This document shows, in pieces, positions 49,201 through 58,692 of a stretch of DNA of 64,000 bases. The stretch is from Fidelibacterota bacterium. GTDB lineage: Bacteria; Fidelibacterota; UBA2242. The translations under genes were made by a program, and so were the position numbers. How positions within the stretch are numbered: the stretch's first letter is position 1; each line of letters begins with the position of its first letter. The stretch is taken from contig JBNGDF010000001.1 in NCBI GenBank assembly GCA_049975265.1, forward strand, positions 128,001 to 192,000, in the 5' to 3' direction. Under the pieces are notes generated by a model. That model ran no database searches. It saw only the letters and a program-made list of their open reading frames with translations, and was not told where the DNA came from.

Positions 49201-50754
49201 ATGAGACCGGTTGCATTAATTATTCGGGATGGCTGGGGCTATAGTGAAAATCCCAAAGGGAATGCCGTAATGGCAGCCAAAACACCCAATATCGATTCCT
49301 ATAAAAATAAATACCCCTGGACATTGCTGGAATGTTCCGGAGAAGCGGTCGGTTTGCCGGCGGGCTATCAGGGGTCCAGTGAGGTTGGACACCTGAACAT
49401 CGGCGCCGGGCGAATCGTTATCCAGGAGTTAAAGCGCATCGATGATGGATTGACCAACGGAACACTTTTTCAATCACCGAAGTGGCACAACCTGATTGAA
49501 AATTGGAAATCCAATAAATCCCGCCTGCATCTTCTGGGCTTGCTTCAGGACGAGGGCGTTCATGCGCACCAGGAGCATCTTTTTAAAATTATGAGGCAGG
49601 CGCGGGAAGAGTACCCCGAAGGCGAGATTATTATTCATCCCTTTCTGGACGGGCGGGACACGCCTCCCCGCAGTACACTGGAATATATTGCCAAATTGAA
49701 TCGGGTGATGCAGGATGTCGGGAATTGCCGGATCGGTACGCTGATGGGGCGCTACTATGGGATGGACCGCTCCCGCAACTGGAAATTAACCGATATCGCT
49801 TATCACTGCATTGTCAATGCCGATGGGCGCCGGGCGGAAAGTGCCGAAGAAGCCGTCAAGGAATCCTATGAAAAGGATCAGACACCCGACCATGTGGATA
49901 TGTTTGATGAGTATATTCCACCCTACGTCATCGGCTCCTACGACGGGGTCCATGACGGCGATTCCGTTATGCATACCAATTATCGCCAGGACCGCGCGAT
50001 TCAGCTAAGCATGGCATTTGTCGATCCAAAATACCCCGGACAGCTCCAGCGCCGACCGCAGATCGTCTATGTCGGCTTCACCCAGTACTACGATGAATTT
50101 GATAATTATCTGCTGGGTTCTATGAGCTCCGGCGGTGGTATGAAGAATCTTCTCGGTGAGGTGATTTCAAAAGCCGGTCTGAGGCAGCTGCGTATCGCGG
50201 AAACCCAGAAATTTCGACACGTCACCAGTTTTTTCAACGGCAAATCCACCACCCCCTTTCCCAACGAGGATCAGGTGGATATTCCCAGCCGTTTTGATCC
50301 GGCGAGCTTTGCCAGCCAACCGGAGATGGATGCCTACAACGTCACGGCGGAGGTGTTGAAACGGCTCGAACACAATCCGTATCATTTTATTGTTATTAAC
50401 TATGCCAATGGTGATATGGTAGGACATACGGGTAATTTTGACGCCGCCCGCAAGGCGATTGAAATTGTCGATGAAAACGTCGGCAGAGTCGTTCAACGGC
50501 TGCTGGAGCTCGATGCCCATGTCCTGATCACCGCCGATCATGGCAATTCTGAGCAGATGGTGGATTACGAAACCGGTATGGTAAAAACAAGCCACACCCT
50601 GAATCCGGTGGAGCTGATCTATATGGCGAAAGATTCTCCGGGAACGAAACTAATCGAGAGAGGCAAACTCTCCGATATTGCCCCGACTGTTCTGCGGCTC
50701 ATGGGTTTACAGATTCCCCCGGAAATGACGGCGGATGTTTTATTGAAAAAATAG
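49201..50754 (+). CDS. gpmI: 2,3-bisphosphoglycerate-independent phosphoglycerate mutase
   Basis: DGWG, GSSEVGH, DGRD, GRYYGMDR, DMVGH and ADHGN. Confidence 0.95.
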   Translation: MRPVALIIRDGWGYSENPKGNAVMAAKTPNIDSYKNKYPWTLLECSGEAVGLPAGYQGSSEVGHLNIGAGRIVIQELKRIDDGLTNGTLFQSPKWHNLIENWKSNKSRLHLLGLLQDEGVHAHQEHLFKIMRQAREEYPEGEIIIHPFLDGRDTPPRSTLEYIAKLNRVMQDVGNCRIGTLMGRYYGMDRSRNWKLTDIAYHCIVNADGRRAESAEEAVKESYEKDQTPDHVDMFDEYIPPYVIGSYDGVHDGDSVMHTNYRQDRAIQLSMAFVDPKYPGQLQRRPQIVYVGFTQYYDEFDNYLLGSMSSGGGMKNLLGEVISKAGLRQLRIAETQKFRHVTSFFNGKSTTPFPNEDQVDIPSRFDPASFASQPEMDAYNVTAEVLKRLEHNPYHFIVINYANGDMVGHTGNFDAARKAIEIVDENVGRVVQRLLELDAHVLITADHGNSEQMVDYETGMVKTSHTLNPVELIYMAKDSPGTKLIERGKLSDIAPTVLRLMGLQIPPEMTADVLLKK

Positions 50755-50786
50755 TCCGTTTCTGAAAGAATGGCGGAGTAACGGAT

Positions 50787-51500
50787 TTAATGGTCCTTCA
50801 ACGGGCTCCAGACCTTCCAGACATTACCGACTAGATCGGGTCCCGGTTTCAAAACCTTTTTACCCGGCGTCCAGCCAGCAGGACAAACCTCTTTGCCCTT
50901 GGAAGCGCGGACATGCTGAAATGCCTGAATCTGGCGAATCGTCTCACCCAGTTGACGACCGACGGGAGGAGTCATGACCTCCATCACCTGAATGATACCA
51001 TCCGGATCAATAATAAACCGACCCCGTAGTTCGACGCCGGCATTCTCATCGTAGACGCCATATATTTTACCAACGTTGCCGGCTCCGTCGGATACCATGT
51101 GAAAAGGGACATCCTTTTCAGCCATTTTGGACAGTTCCTGCTCGTTCCAGACTTTGTGAACAAATTGGCTGTCAACGCTAACCGAGATAACCTCGACACC
51201 CAATTCCTGTAATGTTTGATAATTGGCAGCGACCGCTGACACTTCGGTCGCTCAGACAAAGGTGAAGTCGCCGGGATAAAAACAGAGCATTACCCATTGA
51301 CCTAGAAAATCGGATAATTTGATGCTGGTAAAAGAACCCCGATAATAGGCGGGCGCCTGAAAATCGGGAGCCTTGGTACCAACTTTGATTGAAGACATTT
51401 TCGGCTCCTCGTGTGAAATATGTTCGGGTTTACTTTCAGTGGGCGGTTCACCAACAGTGGCACCTGTCGGACGAGCACAGCCCACAGCTTCTTCTGACAT
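50787..51500 (-). CDS. prxU: Selenocysteine-containing peroxiredoxin (AhpC/Prx1 type, PrxU-like), 237 aa with Sec83
   Basis: ORFs 51252-51500 and 50787-51242 are in one frame, joined by TGA at the peroxidatic site: FYPGDFTFV-U-ATE; resolving VCPAGW. Confidence 0.9.
51228..51252 (-). promoter_or_regulatory. SECIS-like hairpin
   Basis: AGCGACCG-aagtgtcag-CGGTCGCT perfect 8-bp stem beginning at the last base of the UGA. Confidence 0.7.
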
Positions 51501-51604
51501 GATTGGATTCCTTCCGTTTGTTACGTTTTACTCCTGCCATTCTTCCAGAATTCTTCGGGCTGTCATTATTATACAAAGTAAATCGTTGAATTCCAAGTCC
51601 TATT

Positions 51605-52423
51605 CTACCGGTTGCCGGTATTGCGGTATTTTGTGAAGTACAGCAGATGATATTCCAGGGCATTTGTCCAGTAATCCCAGTTGTGCTTTCCGGGGCGCTC
51701 AATATAGTCATGGGGAATGCCCAGTTCGATCAATTTTGTGTGTACGGTGCGATTGATTGCGATGGTGAAATCATTAATTCCGCAATCCAGCAGAATCCCC
51801 TTGTTCAATCCGACGAGGTTTTCAAGTAGGGAAATACATGAATTTTGTTGCCAAAACTTGGGATTGGATTCCGGGTCTCCGAGCAGCCGGATGAGACCGT
51901 ATTTTTTACTGGAATGAGAGAGCGCCAGGGCACCACTCATGCTGCCGGCGGCTGCATACAGGTCGGGATGTTTTGCCAGCAGACTGAGGGCACCATATCC
52001 GCCCATGCTCAGACCGCAGATGAAGCGCCCCTCCGGTCCGGCGATTGTCCGGTAGTGTTTGTCAATATAGCCAATAACCTCTTGAGAGATATAAGTCTCG
52101 TACTGTGAGTTTTTATCCAGAGGGCTGTCGAGATACCAGCCGTCATAGCCACCATCGGGGCAGACGATGATGAGCTGATACCGTTCCACCAGCGGGCGCA
52201 GGTCCATGTGCAGCGACCAGTCCCGGAATGAGCCACTCCACCCGTGTAGCAGATAGAGAACCGGTAGAGCCGTTTTGTTTTGATGATAGGAATCGGGAAT
52301 GACAATCACCGCCCTGGGCGCCTTCTCCATGGATTCGCTTTTGATAACGACAGTATCCAGCGATGCAGCCAGCAGCTGCCGGACGAGAAACAGAGCTAAA
52401 AGGAGATATTTTATCATTTTCAT
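51605..52423 (-). CDS. Exported esterase (alpha/beta hydrolase)
   Basis: YLLHG, GLSMGG, DCG..D and HNWDYW; signal peptide. Confidence 0.88.
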   Translation of the reverse strand: MKMIKYLLLALFLVRQLLAASLDTVVIKSESMEKAPRAVIVIPDSYHQNKTALPVLYLLHGWSGSFRDWSLHMDLRPLVERYQLIIVCPDGGYDGWYLDSPLDKNSQYETYISQEVIGYIDKHYRTIAGPEGRFICGLSMGGYGALSLLAKHPDLYAAAGSMSGALALSHSSKKYGLIRLLGDPESNPKFWQQNSCISLLENLVGLNKGILLDCGINDFTIAINRTVHTKLIELGIPHDYIERPGKHNWDYWTNALEYHLLYFTKYRNTGNR

Positions 52424-52453
52424 GGGGCGACCTTTCGAATATGCAGACAATTT

Positions 52454-52481
52454 TTTATGCTGATACCCTGATCAGCATAAA
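52454..52481. repeat. Perfect 11-bp inverted repeat in a divergent intergenic region
   Basis: TTTATGCTGAT-accctg-ATCAGCATAAA. Confidence 0.7.
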
Positions 52482-52582
52482 TCAGTGGTAAAGTTAAAAA
52501 ATTTTTACCATTTTGCGATAAATCATGTGCAAATTGGATTAATAATTTTAACTTACTAACTGAAAAGAAGGAGATCATCATA

Positions 52583-53518
52583 ATGAAACGAGACATTTTA
52601 TTTGGACTTTTATTCCTGCTGCCGGTGTTTGGGCTGCAGGCTCAGAGGATCGACGTCACCGGGACGGTTATCATCCCCACGGAAGAGAGCCGGTATATGG
52701 CACCGCAATTCAGTCCCGACGGTGACAAAATCCTTTTTACGGAATTCGGCTATAAGGGTTTATGGCTTTATGATTTGAAACACAAAGCGCTGACCCAGAT
52801 CAACGCCTATGCCGGTGCGGGCTATGAACCGGCATTCACGGAGGACGGAAAGAAGGTCGTCTTTCGGGTGGATGAATACCGAAAGATGCGACGATATACC
52901 GCTCTGGCAGTTCAGACCCTTGGCGATCAGCAGGTAAAATATCTGAGTGAAAAGACCCGCCACCTGTCGCCGGTGCTTCACCTTGAGCCAAACCGGGTAT
53001 TGGCGGTAGCGGAAAAGCGTATCCAGGCATACAGTCTTGAGCTAGCAAAACCGGTTCAGTCGGTTAAAAGTCATGCACCGCTTGTATACATTGAGGATCA
53101 GAATATAGCCCTGTTTCAGAATGGCGAGTTAAGGCTTCTGGCGCCTCTTGGCAAGGGCAATTATATTTGGCCTTCATTGTCGCCGGATCACAACCGGATT
53201 CTGTTCACGATTGCTGGTCGGGGAAGTTATATATCCGATCTGGATGGAAAGATAATAGCGGAATTGGGAGTCGCCCGTGCTCCCCGCTGGTCGCCCGATG
53301 GGAAATGGGTGGTCTGCATGGTGGATGAGGATGACGGACATGTAATCACGGCATCAGACCTCTGGGTTGTCGGTGCCGCTGGCGCGCCACGAATCCGGTT
53401 GACCCACACCACTAACCGTATCGAGATGCACCCCAACTGGTCGCCGGATATGAGCAAAATTGCCTTCGATACAGAAGATGGTCAAATCGGCTATCTGACA
53501 ATTGAAATTATCAATTAA
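52583..53518 (+). CDS. TolB-like/PD40 beta-propeller, exported
   Basis: P.FSPDG, PSLSPD, PRWSPDG and PNWSPD repeats; signal peptide. Confidence 0.85.
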   Translation: MKRDILFGLLFLLPVFGLQAQRIDVTGTVIIPTEESRYMAPQFSPDGDKILFTEFGYKGLWLYDLKHKALTQINAYAGAGYEPAFTEDGKKVVFRVDEYRKMRRYTALAVQTLGDQQVKYLSEKTRHLSPVLHLEPNRVLAVAEKRIQAYSLELAKPVQSVKSHAPLVYIEDQNIALFQNGELRLLAPLGKGNYIWPSLSPDHNRILFTIAGRGSYISDLDGKIIAELGVARAPRWSPDGKWVVCMVDEDDGHVITASDLWVVGAAGAPRIRLTHTTNRIEMHPNWSPDMSKIAFDTEDGQIGYLTIEIIN

Positions 53519-53528
53519 CGGGGTGGTG

Positions 53529-56069
53529 ATGAAGAAAAAGATATATTTTTTGTCGATAGTGGCTTTTTTCGTGACCTCTGGATTGGGGCAGGATTTAAGC
53601 GGTCTAAAATTTTGTTTTGATCCGGGTCATGGTGGTCATGAGTCCGATGATCGCCATATGGTATTTGCCGATTTCTGGGAATCGGAATCCAATCTCAGCA
53701 AGGCATTTCAGGTAAAGGAGATTTTTGAAAATCTGGGGGCGACGGTTATTTTAACCCGTTATGCCAACAATGATGATGTGGCAGATGACCCCAGTCTCTC
53801 CGAGCGGGCGGCGATTGCCAATGCGAATAACGTGGATTTTTTTCACTCCATTCACAGCAATGGCTGGAACGGTGAGCGAAACAGCACTTTGATATTGTAT
53901 CCGGGACCGAGAAACGATCCCCGGATCAACGGACTGTCCGGCTATCCCTCCTGTCCCATCGAATTGATCTGTGCCAATGAAATGGCAGAGCAGGTTTACT
54001 CTTCGAACCGAACCACCGGCTGGACCACTGATGGGGACTGGACGTTTTATGGAACCGGACAGCCCTATCTGGGAGTTTTTAGAACGCTAAAACTACCGGG
54101 GGTCTTATCAGAGGGTTCTTTTCATGATTATCCGCCGGAGACCTGGCGATTGAAAAACAGTTCTTACCACCGCAACGAAGCCTATGCCTTTGCCAGAACA
54201 TATCTGCAGCTGTTTGACAGTACCGATTTTCAGTATGCGACTCTGGCTGGAATCGTCCGGGATGCCTTTGAAAAGGTGAGTTATTTTTCTTTGAACAGTA
54301 CAAGTGATAAATACCTGCCGATCAACCATATCACGGTGACCCTCAGTCCGGGAGGGAAAGTTTATCATGGTGACGACCAGAACAACGGCTATTTTTTATT
54401 TGACAGCCTGTCCGCCGGTGACTATGAGATAATTGTTACAGCGCCTGATTATTTACCCGACACCGCCAATGTCAACATAGGCAGTAAATTTTTTAATTTT
54501 AAGGATTTTAAATTATTGAAGGACAAACCATCCTGGATCATTTCAACGGTGCCGGCGGACGGTGATACGAACATACCGGCAGCAGACCCGGTCAGAATCC
54601 GATTCAGTTACCCGATGGATACCGCATCGGTGAGAGCAGCGATTTCTATGGTACCTGCCGTTCCGTTTGAGATTCAGTGGGGTAATGAAAACTCCCAAAT
54701 GACGATTTCATCCGATAGTCTTGATTATCTGGCAGAATATACGATCACCATTGCTGAAACCGCCTTGAATATAGTCGGTTACCAACTGGACGGAGATGGT
54801 GATGGAATTGCCGGGGGCGGCTACACATTTTCCTTTAAAACGGGCCCGGAGGATATGACAGGTCCTGTGTTGGTAACGTCGCTTCCCCGTGACAATACAA
54901 TGGGGATAGAATTGTTTCCGGTTATCAATATTATGTACGATGAAATGATAGATACAGCCTATTTTGATGAAGATATGTTTGTTCTGGTGAAAGTTGCCGA
55001 CGGTGACACGATTCCTGCAACCGTTGTACATTATTACGTTAGTGAGCGCAGTACGATCACTCTTTTTCCCCTTGAAGCGCTGGAACCAGAGACGATCTAC
55101 CGGGTCAAAATTAGCGCCGGACTGAGAGATATACCGGGCAATATCAGCAACGAGGATAAATCTATCCGCTTTAAAACGGGAACTGAATCGTGGATCGTCC
55201 GCAATATTGATAATTTTGAAACCGGTTTAACGAGTAACTGGAGGGATGCAAAATTTAGTGGCAGTAATGCCGGTTTGATTGACACGGTTGTGGAGCGCAG
55301 TGAAAATTCCGAATATGTCAATTGTTTGACAAACAGCCGGAAATCCATGCGCCTGCGCTATGGCTGGGATCGCTCGGCAAATTCCTGGTTATTTCGGGAA
55401 TATCTGGGGGGTGGTGTGCCGCGTAGTGTGACTTTTAATGATTCATATCTGCTACAGGCGTATGTGTTTGGTGATGGCAGCCGGACGCTTTTCCGCTTTG
55501 CACTGGATGACAATTATCCCTCAACAGCAGCTGTCGACCATGAGGTCAGCCCCTGGTACGTAATCGACTGGATCGGCTGGAAGCTGGTCAGCTGGGATAT
55601 GTCCAGTGATGGGACCGGTGTTTGGCTGGGTGATGGAAATCTTGATGGTACCCTCCGATTTGACAGTATTCAATTAAGCTACGACCCGAACGATCCCGAG
55701 GCGGGTATGATAGGGGAAATATATGTCGATGATTTGCGGCTGGTTACCGTATCAACCTCTGAAACTACCCCGGACAACCGACGTATTGCCGAAGAGTTTA
55801 CACTGCACCAGAATTATCCTAATCCCTTTAATCCAGCGACCAATATCGCCTTCACATTGGCAACCGCCACCGCTGTTCGGTTGGATATATATAATATCCG
55901 TGGAGAAAAGGTTCGTTCTCTGATTCAGGGCAACTATAAAAACGGATACCATACCGTTGTCTGGAATGGTCTGAATGATGCCGGCAATATGCTTCCCAGT
56001 GGTGTTTATCTGTATCGTTTAATCACCGATAGAGGGGTTCAAGTACGGACGATGTTGATGGTAAAATAG
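53529..56069 (+). CDS. Secreted N-acetylmuramoyl-L-alanine amidase (Amidase_3) with Ig-like (Big_5) domains and a T9SS/FlgD CTD
   Basis: DPGHGG, ESESN, SIHSN and LSEG catalytic residues; two ST.P.D...I.F Ig repeats; NYPNPFNP. Confidence 0.88.
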   Translation: MKKKIYFLSIVAFFVTSGLGQDLSGLKFCFDPGHGGHESDDRHMVFADFWESESNLSKAFQVKEIFENLGATVILTRYANNDDVADDPSLSERAAIANANNVDFFHSIHSNGWNGERNSTLILYPGPRNDPRINGLSGYPSCPIELICANEMAEQVYSSNRTTGWTTDGDWTFYGTGQPYLGVFRTLKLPGVLSEGSFHDYPPETWRLKNSSYHRNEAYAFARTYLQLFDSTDFQYATLAGIVRDAFEKVSYFSLNSTSDKYLPINHITVTLSPGGKVYHGDDQNNGYFLFDSLSAGDYEIIVTAPDYLPDTANVNIGSKFFNFKDFKLLKDKPSWIISTVPADGDTNIPAADPVRIRFSYPMDTASVRAAISMVPAVPFEIQWGNENSQMTISSDSLDYLAEYTITIAETALNIVGYQLDGDGDGIAGGGYTFSFKTGPEDMTGPVLVTSLPRDNTMGIELFPVINIMYDEMIDTAYFDEDMFVLVKVADGDTIPATVVHYYVSERSTITLFPLEALEPETIYRVKISAGLRDIPGNISNEDKSIRFKTGTESWIVRNIDNFETGLTSNWRDAKFSGSNAGLIDTVVERSENSEYVNCLTNSRKSMRLRYGWDRSANSWLFREYLGGGVPRSVTFNDSYLLQAYVFGDGSRTLFRFALDDNYPSTAAVDHEVSPWYVIDWIGWKLVSWDMSSDGTGVWLGDGNLDGTLRFDSIQLSYDPNDPEAGMIGEIYVDDLRLVTVSTSETTPDNRRIAEEFTLHQNYPNPFNPATNIAFTLATATAVRLDIYNIRGEKVRSLIQGNYKNGYHTVVWNGLNDAGNMLPSGVYLYRLITDRGVQVRTMLMVK

Positions 56070-56107
56070 ATGAGAAAGATGAACCCACCGTTTTAGCCGC
56101 AGTATTG

Positions 56108-56176
56108 ACCGTATCGGGATGCACTCCAACTGGTCACCGGACATGAGCAAAATTGCCTTTGATACAGATGATGGTC
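56108..56176 (+). pseudogene. Degenerate copy of the TolB-like gene 3' end (direct repeat of 53415-53483)
   Basis: 63/69 nt identical by manual alignment; encodes RIGMHSNWSPDMSKIAFDTDDG vs RIEMHPNWSPDMSKIAFDTEDG. Confidence 0.85.
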
Positions 56177-56219
56177 GGGTCTCTTTGTAGAAATTGATAT
56201 GAGTAAATAGGACGACGCA

Positions 56220-58490
56220 ATGAATAAATTTTACCTGTTTGTAATAATAGCCTTTTTTACATCGGCGACTCTCTGCGCCCAGGATTTGGCTGGTATTAAA
56301 ATTTGTATCGATCCCGGACATGGTGGGCACGAGTCGGATGATCGCTACATTGCCGCCACCGGTTTCTGGGAATCGGAATCCAACTTAAGCAAGGCATTCT
56401 ATGTGGAAGAGCTACTGACTGCAGCGGGCGCCACGGTGATTTTGACCCGTCACGGGAATGGCGATAGCGGCATTGATAACGATCCCTCATTGTCTGAGCG
56501 GGAAGCCATTGCCAATTCCAACAATGTGGATTTCTTTCACTCTATTCACAGCAACGGTTTTCAGGGAACTGCTAATTATACCCTTATGCTCTATGAAGGG
56601 ACAAATTCTGCACCCGATAACCCACTTGCCGGTACCATGGCTAATATTATGGCGCCCCATATATATCATGTCAATTACACAACGGCGCAATATGTCCGTG
56701 GGGATGAAGATTTTTTAGGGTATAATTTAGGCGTCTTGAACGATCTAAACATGCCGGGAACTCTTTCGGAGGGGTCCTTTCACGATTACCTCCCCGAATC
56801 CTGGCGTCTGCAGAGCGAATTCTATCGTAAACATGAAGCGTGGGCGATTGCCCGTGCATTCTTTGATTACTTCGAAGTGGATGGATTCGGCGTCGGTAAC
56901 ATTGCCGGAATCGTCCGTGATTCTAAACATACGGTGGACTATTTCTATCTGACGACCGCCGATTCAAAATTACCGGTCAACAATCTGATTGTAACGCTGT
57001 TGCCGGACCAGCGGGTTTTTCATGGTGACGCTATGAATAATGGCTATTATCTGTTTGATAGTCTTGCACCGGGTGATTATGAGCTTATCATCGAGGCACC
57101 CATGTATGAGAGCGATACAGTTGCCGTGACGGTCTCCGCTAATCAGAGTGCCTTCCGGGATGTCTATCTGAAGCCGGATGCCAATTTTAATTTTCCGCCG
57201 ACGGCTCCCGAGCATATTCAGGTGATTGCGGTGGACGATTCAACAGTCATGGTGAAATGTGACGAGGTTTCGAATGCGCTTGGATATATCGTTTATTATG
57301 GCACGGATGCGGTCTCCTATCCCGACTCGGTTGTCTCGGCAGCGAATAGAATTACTCTCACGGGATTGGAAGATTTGACCGCTAGTTTTTTCCAGATAAA
57401 GAGTTTCAATGACGTTGGCAGCTCGTCCGTCAATACGAAATGCTATGCCGCGGTGCCCTCTTCAAATCCGCAGAAAGTATTGATTGTCAACGGCTTTGAT
57501 CGATCCACCAATACCCGTCATGATTATGTGAAGGAGTACATCCAACCGTTGATTTCCGCCGGTTACGGTTTTTCCTATGTACTGAACGAGTCGGTATATG
57601 ACGGAAAAATTGCTCTGAGTGATTATGAGGTCGTGATCTGGATTCTGGGAGACGAGAGTACCGCCGATGATACTTTTAATCCCGTTGAACAGGACAGTGT
57701 TGAGAGTTTTCTGAAAAACGGCGGGAAACTGTTCGTATCCGGTTCTGAAATCGGCTGGGACCTGGAAGGTAAAACGGATCATCCGACTCAGGCGGATAAG
57801 GATTTTTACCATAATTACCTGAAAGCCGATTACCTTTATGATGCACCGGGAAACACGCAAAGTTCAACCTATTCTGCGGCGGCTATTTCCGGAGAAATAT
57901 TTGATGGCATTGCCGATTTTAATTTTGACAATGGTAGTCACGGGAGTTATAACGTTGACTGGCCCGATGCAATCAACGGGATCAATGGTGGTATCAATGT
58001 CCTGCAGTACAAAAATGTCAGTACCGGTACGATTGCCGCCGTGCGCTACGATGGACTCTTTCCCGGTGGAACGACGGATGGCAAATTGATTTATCTGGCA
58101 ATTCCCTTCGAGGCGATTTATTCAGAGCCGTCTCGCATAGAGATTATGGGAAAAGCCTTTGATTATTTTGACAGACCGTCAGAAGTGAATGCTCAAAATT
58201 CCTCTATTATACATGATTATGAGTTGTGCCAGAACTATCCCAATCCCTTTAATCCGACCACCAGTATATCTTTTACGCTACCGGTGGAATCGGGTGTCCG
58301 GTTGGAGATTTATAATCTGCGCGGTGAAAAGGTGCGCTCACTGGTCAGCGGTTATCTCAACAGCGGGCATTATACGGAAATCTGGAACGGTCGTGATGAA
58401 AACGGGCGCCCCGTTCCCAGCGGAGTCTATATTTACCGGTTGTCCAGTGACTTTCGCACGCTCTCCAGGAACATGTTATTATTAAAGTAA
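56220..58490 (+). CDS. Second secreted Amidase_3 with an FN3-like domain, an alpha/beta domain and a T9SS/FlgD CTD
   Basis: DPGHGG, ESESN, SIHSN, LSEG; PTAP...YIVYY FN3 pattern; VIWILGDES..GGKLFVSGSEIGWDL; NYPNPFNP. Confidence 0.88.
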   Translation: MNKFYLFVIIAFFTSATLCAQDLAGIKICIDPGHGGHESDDRYIAATGFWESESNLSKAFYVEELLTAAGATVILTRHGNGDSGIDNDPSLSEREAIANSNNVDFFHSIHSNGFQGTANYTLMLYEGTNSAPDNPLAGTMANIMAPHIYHVNYTTAQYVRGDEDFLGYNLGVLNDLNMPGTLSEGSFHDYLPESWRLQSEFYRKHEAWAIARAFFDYFEVDGFGVGNIAGIVRDSKHTVDYFYLTTADSKLPVNNLIVTLLPDQRVFHGDAMNNGYYLFDSLAPGDYELIIEAPMYESDTVAVTVSANQSAFRDVYLKPDANFNFPPTAPEHIQVIAVDDSTVMVKCDEVSNALGYIVYYGTDAVSYPDSVVSAANRITLTGLEDLTASFFQIKSFNDVGSSSVNTKCYAAVPSSNPQKVLIVNGFDRSTNTRHDYVKEYIQPLISAGYGFSYVLNESVYDGKIALSDYEVVIWILGDESTADDTFNPVEQDSVESFLKNGGKLFVSGSEIGWDLEGKTDHPTQADKDFYHNYLKADYLYDAPGNTQSSTYSAAAISGEIFDGIADFNFDNGSHGSYNVDWPDAINGINGGINVLQYKNVSTGTIAAVRYDGLFPGGTTDGKLIYLAIPFEAIYSEPSRIEIMGKAFDYFDRPSEVNAQNSSIIHDYELCQNYPNPFNPTTSISFTLPVESGVRLEIYNLRGEKVRSLVSGYLNSGHYTEIWNGRDENGRPVPSGVYIYRLSSDFRTLSRNMLLLK

Positions 58491-58562
58491 GGTCCTGTTT
58501 TATAATAGGCGGCTGCGGGGATATTGTTACAAGTCGCGGTTTTGCTGATTTGCGGTATTTTT

Positions 58563-58682
58563 CTAATCCTGTGGCTGTTCTTCCTTTGTCAGCAGGGCGA
58601 TGATTCCTGCAACAAACAGAAATATCAGCGCGATTCCCAGAAAAAATTTGAGGATTTTATACAGTCCGCTAATGATTTTCAT
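58563..58682 (-). CDS. 39-aa single-TM membrane peptide (not in the ORF track)
   Basis: MKIISGLYKILKFFLGIALIFLFVAGIIALLTKEEQPQD; AAGGTG SD; starts 10 nt after the upstream stop. Confidence 0.65.
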   Translation of the reverse strand: MKIISGLYKILKFFLGIALIFLFVAGIIALLTKEEQPQD

Positions 58683-58692
58683 TGGGCACCTT

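Noticed and set aside
51242..51254. Peroxiredoxin as a nonsense pseudogene or two separate genes
   Set aside because: The TGA is exactly at the catalytic position, in frame, and followed by a SECIS-like stem, so Sec recoding explains it better.
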